64,000 nt of DNA from Botryllus schlosseri (Eukaryota). Shown here in pieces: positions 28,701-40,700 of this stretch. Made by a program: the position numbers and the translations under genes. Position 1 is the stretch's first letter, and each line of letters opens with the position of its first letter. The notes beneath the pieces are model-generated. The model was not told the DNA's origin. It made no database searches and worked only from the letters and a program-made list of their open reading frames with translations. The stretch lies in the NCBI GenBank assembly GCA_051294905.1, contig CM119374.1, positions 1,736,001 through 1,800,000 of the forward strand. Reading direction: 5' to 3'.

Positions 28701-31700
28701 AAATAGCATACCTTTATAATTCTATGTTGATATTTCTAAACTGATGAATTGAATTACATGTGCTACTGTTGGAATTTCTAAGTTTATTACTATAAAGATG
28801 TGAAAGGCGTTTGCTAATTGCAATGTCTGGATTACAGAGAAACAAATCAATACGATCCCCTCTTTATGAGGCAATGGATCTTATTCGGAGTGACCTTGTT
28901 AGCATTGGCATGCCCCGAACAAAGAAAGTATATGAGTGATAATTGGAGTTAGGCATATGTCTATTAGAGCACTCGAATTCGAATTGAGTATCTATATTGA
29001 TGATTTGAGTATCTCACTGAGACATAATGTTTCGGTGAATACCAAAGTTATACAGTCTTTACTATTCTACGATCGACAAATGCCCAGACGTTATTTCTAC
29101 TGTGTGATCCGCGATACGATGTAACATTTCATTCAGTACGCGCAGCAGAATGCTTGCCATAGTCACGGCAATAATATTTCTGTAGGTTAGTGATCGACCT
29201 GCAGTTTTGTCATAAATCGCCATATCTCCCTGTCAGCAAGTTGTAAATAAATTATATAGATAAACGTAAGGGGCACTACTTATTGCTTGGTCGTACGGAG
29301 AATGCGTAATTGGATATTCCGGGTCACCCCACGGCGACATGATGAGTGCTATTCCAGTATTAGTTTGGACTTAAAGCTTCACACTCGCATTTGAATCGAA
29401 TATATCACGTAGTAGATTATGTCGAGTATTATTAATATTAGAAATCTTATCATTTACATCATCACGATTAAACCATTTCAGACGGCAACCTCTGTAATCT
29501 CGACTATAAGCAATCTGATGGAATCACCAGAATTGGGCAAAAGCGGCCAGTCGGCAGAGTAAGATATCTTGCGAGTAGAATTATGTAAGCTATCCCTATA
29601 ACGTAATAAATTTTAAAGGTTGCTTGCTCAGCTAGATCGCGTTGCATATCTTGTGGCGTTGAATGATAGCGGAGTATATAAAGCTGTGAGTAACAATGTA
29701 TCCATGCTAATAACGTCAGGTGAGTTACATAAATAGCTGAATGTCAAACTGTAATTTGCAGCTTCAAAGCCCGCATCTAATGTTAGATTGGGTATTACGG
29801 TCATTGTACATCATAAATCTTTGAAATACTTTTCGAAACTGCACTATACGCTTTCATGGACGTGACTTTTTTGACTTAGAAACCGTATTTTGATTCCATC
29901 TGGATTGCTTCGAAAAAGTTTGGAGATGACTCAAGGATACTCCTGAAAATTGTTAATCCAATTACAGTATTGGTCATGCGTAAAAGCAGACAAATCAATG
30001 TAATTATTGTATTGTTCCGTGATGAATGAATTGCAGTTACGCTATACTGCAGTAATTGTCACTGATCGCATACGAACAAGAGCAATCATTCAAGTTAGTT
30101 GTGTTGCAATGTATTTCGATACGGACCGATTCAACAAATTCTGTAGACGTTACTACTTTGTAACCCGGCCCGTATAGGCATATCGGACTGGTATATTAAC
30201 GAAAAGGAATGTTCCGAACCTCAATAGGCCACTTTTCGACACTTAACAGAAGTTTTCTCCGCTACCACAAGCATATTAATTCCGGTCATTATAGAAAATT
30301 ACAGAATAATTCAGCACTCTTAGTAAATATGATGCGAATTAAGTGAAAAATTGAGAATTTATCAAACAGCCATGTTATAAAATCAAAAGCCACAGGTTCG
30401 CGACGTATGCCAAGACGTCGGCGTTTCCTTTAACTTCTGCGACCCCAAAAACAGCACCACTTTTTATTTACCTGCAACCTTTTACCGGTACTTTATAGTA
30501 AGAGTTATTAACGTAAATATTACTATTATTGTTGTTGGGAAAATTCGCACACAACGGTCTTTGCTATGCCATAAATTCCATTTGCAATATGACAAAAAGT
30601 CCAAGGCAACTGTATTAAATTGAGGTATGAATAATACCTATTCCTACATGAAATGTTTCCATAGGTAAAGGACTGGAAGGAGGAATCGGCATGGCAGTTC
30701 TCGTAAGACCCAACTCAAATAAAATTGGATTCAGAAGTGACCAATTATTACTCACGGATTCACCAGAAGAAGCTGGCAGCGTTATCAATGGAGAGCGGAT
30801 AGAGGCATCTATTTATGTACCGGAAGTCGCATCACCAAATAGTAAAATGTTGCTTTAAAAATAAATACATAATGCGGTATATCTATTGCATATATTAGCA
30901 TAAAAAGACATAGATATCGTAACCTTTGGTGTAGCAGATGCATATTTTCTAAACACTACGAATTGGTGATATGTGCAATTCGGACTTGGTGTATCTTTAT
31001 TTCGCGTATTTCGTGTCGAAGATAGCATGAATATGTGAATTAACGAAAATTAAACCAAATCCAAACCTCGCTAAAGCACAGGAGAATTAGCGAAGACCAG
31101 CTATTTTAGTTTTTATGGACGATATGACAACGTTTCCTTGCTTTCAGAATCAAAAGTGACCTTCAATGTCATCAGAAACACGAATCTATTTCGAAAAAGC
31201 AACAGCGCGCAATCGCTACCGACTTCAGACGGCAGGAGAAAGCACAACGTGCCAACTGTGGTAATTTCAGCCACCGTCGAAAACCGAATCATATCAAATC
31301 TCCCAGCTGATCAACTTCTGACCTACTCGGTATGTTTTCGATAGTTTAATGCTGTAAAGCCGTGTTTCCTAATCTTTTTAATAGCTTAGACCTCTGTAAT
31401 TATTTGATGTGGTTGCGTAGACCCGCTGTTGAGAATATTTTGAATTGCAACTGCAAAGCTGCAGATGACCTAAAACTGTCACCAATTTCAATTGTAACCG
31501 GTTCTATGCCAAAATAGAGACATATGTTATTCATCGCAAAGTAGTTTTGTAGTAGTTTAAGTATGATTTGGGATGCACCCCTGTTCGGTGTATCTTCTGG
31601 GGTTCATTGACTCCTGTCCAGGTAACCACGTTGTGAATACTCGTGGATACAGTATAGTATCCTATCTCCGTACGACATAAAACCCTAAACCACGATGCTT

Positions 31701-34700
31701 ATGCATGAACAGAAAAAAAACGCCACTAATTGAACTGAACACATAATTCAACTATCCAACTACGTAATTCAAGTGCCTCTGGAATGGACACGGGACAATG
31801 TATCCATTCTATAATTATGTGCTGTATAGAGAGCGCACTCGAAATCAGTTAGTTAGATCAGAAATCTGGTAAATTTATTCCGACTAAAATGACTTCTCAA
31901 ACCAAGCTATGATAAGTTATCAATGACAATCCCGTTTTTGATGCCCGAAACAGTGTGATGACTATATAACCGCCAATTTAAATTCCCCGATTAGTGGCTA
32001 ATCGTTATCTGTCCAACCGGAACGGGTAGATTGCTGAAGTTTAAACTGCGATCACGGATTGATCCATATCCGTGAAACCCGGCCAATAGGTGTTAATTGC
32101 CATGCGACATCTTCTTCTTCATCAAAAGCCATTTTATATAAATCCACGGACGGATTGCACACCGAGTCTGCTTCCGTGACTGTATGAATGAACGATCCTC
32201 AGCATTACAATATCAGACTATCTCGCGGCGCCCCTCACCCCAACCCCCAAGCGTTGATCATAGCCAGGTCGGGATATTTTTTGGCATGTGCCAAAAATAA
32301 TAAGTCTTGCTTATTTTTGGCATTTTTCAGATTTTATTTTTGGCAGTTTTTGCATCTCCATGAATTCATATTTATAGACTTTAGTTCGGTCTTTCTTATG
32401 AAACGAAAGTCACAAAACATGCAGTATCCACACTGTGCCATCAAACAGCAAGACCTAAATCCTAATTGAAAACGATGTTGCAGACCAAATTTACGCGATA
32501 CAAAACTGAGTGCTTCTGCACTATATATTCTCAATAGTCGATTCACTATGCGTGCAAAATCCCGCCATTCACACATTTCGCAATGCTTATGATAACAATT
32601 CAAAAGGGTTTCTGACATGTTTGAATCTCAGCATTAGCTACCAAACCAATTGTTAGAAATCATGAGGGACTGTAATAACCAATATTTATAATATTAAAAA
32701 CTATTCACCCGGCAATGAAAAACTAGGAAAGGAGTCAATGTACTTATGTGTGTATGGTACGTATAGATATGGATGCCCGTTGCGCCATGTCTATTCATTG
32801 ATGAAACTATGCCCCTATTGGAAAACGTGACACAATCTACGAGTTATTGAACAATGGACATGCAGACAGTATTCAATTGCATGTTAAAGGGTAATGGAAT
32901 TTGGTATAATCCCGATTGAGCTAAATGCATCCTTGCTCGCGCCTGGTGGCCACATGATGTAACAAAATGTACGAGCAATGACAACAGGAAAATACGTAGT
33001 AATCGCGCTAAATTTTAAAAGTAGGGCCGCTATCACATATTCCGAAATACGTTGATTCCTACTTTGGCGTGCAGATATCATCTACATTCTTATCGCTTCA
33101 TATCATCTACCCCAGGGGCGGGCAACATACGGCCTAAACTAAACTCATAATAAAAATTCAGGAATCCGGCCAGCCTCATGTTCATGTTCCCCTATCCGGC
33201 TTGCCGGATGGAGAAGTTGCCCGCCCCTGATCCACCCCTTATTCGCAAGATATCATATTTTTCCTAATCGCTGGATTGATCAATCCACAGATTGGTCGCA
33301 TATCCAGATTTAACCACTGGACTTTTTAGCCTTCTCATTCACCTTTTATGGGTCCCTTGGATGGTAGTCTGCGGACCTCCATAGGATCTACGAACCCTAA
33401 TTCAGGAATTAGGCTTTACTTTACACATTTGTTTTGTCGCTTCATACAACTCCTTCCGATTCTTGTTGACATATTAATCAAATTATTTCATTTCTGGCAG
33501 TTTTAGCATTTGGTTCCCGAAATGCAAAAAAAAATAACACGGCCTGCTCATAGTTGAGCACCGTTGGTGTACTGTACACTTTGGATCTGACTGATAATTT
33601 TATCATCAATCCGTAGAACAACATGTATATGTCTAATGACATACGTGGTGCAATTTCTAATCCTCTTCTATATTTACACCAGCTGTCAACACAGTACGAC
33701 AATACGACGCAAGATCCGGCTTGCGTGTTTTAGAAGGAATCATCAAGAACTTGGAGCGATAAAGGATGTACAGTAACAGGAAGCAGTTCAGACTCGTTGA
33801 CCTGCTCGTGTGATCATTAAACAAACTTCACTGCATTATTGGTGAGAGGTGGCAAAAGCTTGCTGAATAACTACAACAGCATGGATAAAAATGAAGCTAA
33901 TGAGCCCAATGTATATTCAGTAGGCCCATCTATATGACCATATATATCTCTTTGAAATAGCCACCATATAAAATATCCATAGACTTTAGATTGCTTGTGT
34001 AGCCTACGGCCGCATTATGGTGCATATTAGTAATGAACTAACTTGACGTCAAATATCCATGTCAATATGTGCATTTCCGGTGAACCCCGGACCAATATAC
34101 TTTTTCATATCGGCATACTATGAGGTCATGTTATGAATGGTTACTGTGATTCGTTAAGATCGTTTTTTCGGATTTACGAATGAATTATTATTACTAATTT
34201 CACATATTACGATCACATATTTATCCTTTCTCCACCCACGTGAAAAAATTCACCGGTCGAGTGGATCGTAGGAGTGTATTCGCAAATTTAGATCAAGTTA
34301 TAAATGATGATGCATATATTTGAGTGGGTCGATTAACGCACCAGAAACAATTTGTCTCGCGAGGGGCGCACGATTCCAAGATGGTATTTTGATATGGGGC
34401 GGATCTTTTTCCTCTGCTATTCGCATACGTACAGTGGGGCTCGGATTGCAACTTGCGCTACTACACCAAGTCGAAAAAGGAGGCCGCAATGAATCGTGAA
34501 TGCCGCGGAGAATATTTCAAGATTAATTACGATCTCTTAAAAATTCGGGGTTCTATTATTAATTTCAATTTTCATGTGGGTGACCGCATGCGGCCGTACG
34601 CCCGTAGGTTGGCCACCCCTAGTCTATACACTATAACAAAACCAGTAGAATATCTTCAAATGATTTCGTGGCTCATTGGAAATGTCTCGCGGATCTAGTA

Positions 34701-37700
34701 GCGGGTCCGGCGCCCCCTATTTCATGGACTGTGGTAGAAAACAATGGGCAAGTGGTCGAAGTAGTCCGGTTTCGGGCTGTGACTTCGCTAATAAACCACT
34801 CGATTAATCAAATGTGTAATTGAATGTGCTATTTTTGGGACCAAATCCAGGTTGTTATAACAAAATTCGGGTAAGGCCTACGGGCTCATACGCTCATAGC
34901 ATTTGGTTCGAGATAGATGTACTGCACACATCCTGAATTCTCCTCTGCGATTGGCGGTACGGAGTTTAATTGTATTGGGTTTTGTTTTGTTGCTTTTTGT
35001 GACTACTAAATCAACTGAGAATATGGTGGAGATTTGCTCACATGAAATTTAGTACTGCACCAAGCTCTTTACTATTAACATGAATCAGTAATGACACTAA
35101 GCAGTAACATCTTTTATGATACGATTGAGAAATATTCTGACGATTTAACTTTGTAGCTCTCAAATACAAGTATATTTAGGTAATCATTTTGGCCGAAAAG
35201 CTTCAAAACATCTTTAATGTACAAAGGGCACCATTGTCCACAGTTGTACAGTAGCCTATACAGTGCCTTTTCGATTCGACACGCAGTGCGCTGCAGGATG
35301 CTAGTTAAAAAAAACTGTGGAAAATTCTCCGAGCTACTATCAGTATAAGTATCAGTTTAATAATATTTTTATCATTACAGAATGCAACAAAACTGCGATA
35401 AAATGAAAAGACAGGATGGCGTCGAAACGCTAGCGTGACGGGAGTGTTTTAACGGGCAATTGGCCATCTAAAAGTCCGCCTCAATCATTTTACATGAATT
35501 AAATTAGACCACTGCATTCATGGAAACTTAGTAGATTTGACAGATTTTGTCGAATGTTAGTTTGCGATGAGAACTCACGGATATATAGAACTATTGCTCC
35601 ACTCTAAATAATGATATATCCCTACTACACCATCTACTGCGATGGCATTTTTCTTCAGCGCCCCCTTATAACGCACCCTGATCCCAGCGCCCCCATTTCC
35701 TCCTGAGCGTTTCCGCCCTTTCCAAATCCAAATCGCCCTCTGGAGGGCGCTGGAGACAATGTTTAGAGCCGCTGATGTACAATGCAGGAACCACTGTCCT
35801 AATCAAACATATAAGTAGTGTTTTGTACTCAGGTGTGTACCTTGACACTTCAACTCTGAGTGAGTAAGGCAAAAAAACTGCTAACTACTGAGTAGAAGAA
35901 ACCTGTTTCACAAGCAGTGACTATAACGTGGATCCTAATTCGGGTCTTGCGGAGCAACGCACCGCAGAAGTTGGGTTTATCATCCTATGGGTCAAAAGAG
36001 CAACGTTTTGGTGTGGGCTGGCGAAGTGCAGTTACGGCCCTGGATATATAACGTCATTTGTTACACTTACATGTTAGTGTGATTGACAAAAGAACAACTA
36101 AATAAATTAGTCACTAACTACCTTGAAAACTCACGCGTAAGTGCAGTTTCTCAACCTATCTTTAGAACAGGCCCGCGGGCTACTTATCCGGTCCTCTCGG
36201 GCTACCTGGGTCCCGCGGGCACCGCGTTGGTGACCCCTGATTTAAAACCATTGATTCTTTCAACAGAAAATGAATAAATAATATATTTCGTGTCACGAGA
36301 CGATTTCATTGACTTATGCCTGGCGTGATAGTTCTCTACGATAGATGGGTTGAATCTGGGTTATTTGTTACAGAGACCGCATAAGGATATTTCTCAGTCG
36401 TCAGGACTACATATCGTCACAATCGTGGGGTGCTCGATATCAATGTTTGCATTATTGCTTCTGATGTTGTTCTTTTTGTGCGTGCCGTAAGTACCCGATT
36501 GCTGCTATGTTTTATCAATTCGCCATTAGGTAAGGAAACTCGCGCAAACTGTAACGATTTTGCGATCGTTAGGCATGTCGGAAATTTGCAAAGTTTTGAA
36601 TATTAGCCACGCTAGCCTCTCCCTCTTTACAGTTTATAGAATTTTATATTAACCTTATATTAACCTATGCGTTTTGTTTCAATCGTGCAATTTATTTAAA
36701 GGAGTTTTGATCAAGTTTACATATAATAGATCTTATGCACATCTAAATGAACCAAAATTCTAGAATCATTTTGTTTAAATCTTCGCACGGCGGTGCTTAT
36801 TATACACCGGGGCTTGAAAGGCTCCAAGAAACGATCCATTCAGCATACGTCTGCGAAGAAATTAAACCGAGGTTCTGGTTCTCAACATGCCAAGTCATTC
36901 CGAGTTGAACGCATTAAATGCATTTCATTTCAAATAAAATTACATGCAGTTTTCTCGAACCATTTCCGAATTTATTTGATGCATGAAATGTCTTTATCGA
37001 ATGTATAGGTGAATAGTTCATTCGATTCGGCTGCAAACGCCTATAGATCACATTGTGTTAAGTAGACGAAACACTTACAACCATCACATTAAGTTTTGTT
37101 AGTGTGTTAATCACGGACGGATAAGCTCGTGGGCTACATTTGTTTCCTAATTTCATGGCCTACTTATTTGCTAATCATTCCATGTTAATAATTCTATATA
37201 CATTAGGAGTAAGGTTGAGGTTTACTTTAATTTGCTGGAACCCTAACAAAATCATATAACCTCGAGGTTTTACTCGATACCAAAGATGGAAAGCCAATTT
37301 ACTAACATTTAATGTCTATCAGCATCGTTTTGCTGAGCGATAAAGTTTATATTATTATTCAGAAATACTCGTACTGGGAGAAAGTTTCAAGGCGCATTTT
37401 TGTTACTCAATCTGTCACTCGCTCTTCTCTTGCACAACACCACGTTGCTCGTCAGCGAAATGCCATTCATAATATTTGCTGATGACTATCACGTCATTTC
37501 ATATTCATGTCGGACGATAGCAGTCATTTTGCATTTTTGTCTGCTTGCCTCTTGCGCGTGGATGAATTGCGAGGCAGTGATGCTATTTTTAGCCGTGGTT
37601 AAGGTAAGTGATATTGCTGGGTGTTATATCCAGTACGATATGGTATTGTAATTGTAATTTCTTTATCAGAATTATTATTATTGCGATATACTAATTACTA

Positions 37701-40700
37701 GCCACGTAGTCTTTCAATACGCGAATTAACCAGGTAAAGTGGTGACATATTAACGATACTGGACCCAAGTATGGCACTGTGTACCTTGATCCCAAAGCTA
37801 CATAATTATATTTTGTTTCGATGTAAATATAAACGACACGCGATCTTTTAGTACAATAACTAAATCTGCAGCAAATTAATGGTTGTTCCATGATCCGTTG
37901 AGTCGCTTATCCAAGTTCGTGATATTTTTCAATCAAATATCAAATTTCACAGACACCCAGCAGTAGACAACCTTGTTCTGCAACACATGTTTGCCAAAAA
38001 TCGCCTCCATCAACGAAATCAGAAGTGGCGGCATCTCCTATATAATTAAAATCCCATAAAGAATTACGAAATGCCTACAACAAGAAGAATTAAATATTTT
38101 TTATCACCGTCTACATCCAGCCAATGTACACGCGAACAAGTCTAAAAGATGCGCAAGTGATTCTGGCGTCAGTATCTTGGGGATGGATTATGCCAGCCAT
38201 ATTCGTTGGCATCGTTGCTCTCGTCGATAACAACGTTTACGAATATCCCTACGAACATGGTTTTATTGTTACGTGAGTGTTACATGCGTAAAGGAATGTT
38301 GAACGCATATTTATTAAATATTTTCTGACATACAGATGTTGGATTGATCCTGAATATATCTTGTACCTTGCCGTTATTCCTACTGTCGTAATGATCACTA
38401 TCAATATGATTGTCTACGGCATCTTAACGTACCAATTATGCCTGAAGCGAAGCGCTGTTTCGGTGAGTGGACCACTATATATCCTACCTACCTACGACTT
38501 CCATATCATATCGCTGCTCCGCCTTAGTTAAAATAAAATCATGGAATAATCTTACCTTAGATCGGTTTGGTGTAGAATGTGGAAACTGGACACTAATCCC
38601 TTTTATCTGATACGATTTTGGTTTCAGACATAAAACTACAACTGCAATATTCAAATTTTCCACAGACGGCAGCGTATAAGCATGCATACCTGGTGAAAGT
38701 TAGAAACACAATCTTCTCTATAGCTACTTGAAATCATACTCTGTTGTGGACCACGCACCAGTTCAAACGTGACGTAGCTGCGTTGCTTGCTAGCTTTCAT
38801 ATCTATCCAAATACTCGGTTTGCGGCATTTGCTGCGAGTTATCCGCTCGTGAACTAGATTTTGTAATCTCAAAAAGCAATCATCACCTTTATATTGAAAT
38901 TTATCGATAAAATGAATGAAACAAGGTTATTATGTGTGTATCGTTCCTTTCCGATGACCACTATTTGCAGAGATATCGAAATAAATCGATTCAACAATGA
39001 GTTAGAAAAAGGACGACGAACTTTGAGATCGACTCCTGATGTAAATGTACAATTACCGATCATGCTAAGCAAAACATTGTTAACAGACTGTATCGAAATA
39101 TAAACCATTTCAACAGGGAAAATCACGGATAAACTCAAAAGAATCTTACCAAAGAAAACTTGGCATTAATTTCAACATTTTCGTGATGTTGGGATTAACA
39201 TGGATATTCGGCTTTTTCCTACCCGGAGTCGAAGACGAAAGTGCAGCACTCGTCTTTGCTTACATATTCGCCATTCTGAACTCATTGCAAGGTATTGGAA
39301 TATCTGACTTCCATGCCTAATGATGATATATCTATAATCGTCGCATTCTCTTGTGAGTAGGCTAGATGCAGAAGTTTTCCATAAAGTGTACAGATGGCAT
39401 AGCAAGCAATATGAGACGTAACTCTTTTACCAAAGTGAAAAACAGACCATTCGCGAAATATTGGCAGCAGATTTAGCTGCTCAGCAGTGTTGGGGTCAAG
39501 TCACCACCTTCGAGTCACGAGTCACTTCGTGTCATTACACATTTTGACTCGAGTCAAGTCAAGTCAAGTCAATCGATTTTCGAAGGTGACTCGAGTAAAG
39601 TGAAGTCACTCAATTTTTGGAGGTGACTCGAGTCAAGTCACAATTCAATTCAAGTTGCCTTTCTGAAGTATGTGACATTATTACGTCATTGCATTTTGCC
39701 TGCTGTCTGAAATCCTGATTTACTGGTCATTGATTCTGACCCGATGAAATAATATAGAGCTAAATATACACGCAAGAAGGCGCTGTATCGCTCACATACA
39801 CGTGGAACTGTTAAACTACGTAATAAATTGCATAGCCTCAGTTTATGGTTACCACTTAACCATCCAAAATAGAGAATAGAGAAGCGAATTAATAAGATTC
39901 CATACATTTCCCATTTACAAATTGATATGATACAATTCCAGCATGAAGAAATGATTGAGGACTATATAGAGTATATTCGAATTCGATTTCAATAAAACAG
40001 TAGGTTTATTTGAGGTAAGAAAATAGGGAGCAGAAATATACATTTTTCTATTTTATTACTTTACTACTAGTTTACGAAAACGTATCTGTAAGCTTCGATC
40101 ACTTCGTTCGGGTTCAAAGTATTTGTTAGAGAACAATGGAGGCCCAGTCAAATGCACGATCTCTGAATGAATGTTTTCTCTTACTGGTTACACCGGTGTT
40201 TCGCGAACAATCCGAACATATGCAAGATTCAGTGATTTCTATCGTCACCGATTACTTGATGACTTGAAATTGACTCGTGAATTTGTACTAATCAATCCCC
40301 ATTTCTGATGCGTCGAGTCAAGTCAAGTCAAGTCATACGAAAAAGATGACTCGAGTCATACCAACACTGCTGCTCAGTATATACCATCGTATTTTCCCGA
40401 TGATATAGAAGTAAACGCAATTTTACAATCGAAAGATATAGTAATATAAAGATGGCGTCTTCCATTCATGGCCCCAGTATCGATTCTTAATTCCTATATA
40501 TAGATCATGCCTGTTTGGCTTTGACCAACTAACCCAGCAATAAGCAAACTTCGGCCCACGGATAGGACGAGGTCCATGAAATCCGCAAGTAACTATATTA
40601 TGAATATCAATAATATTGCGTGAAAATGTGCCGATACCTGATCCAAACTTTCCTAATATATTTCATCATCTTCAGTAGAAACAAGTTTTAATAGGGCTGG

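Noticed and set aside
32334-32618. Cys-rich minus-strand ORF resembling a PHD finger
   Set aside because: Cys/His spacing is incomplete and there is no splice or context support; possibly a TE relic.
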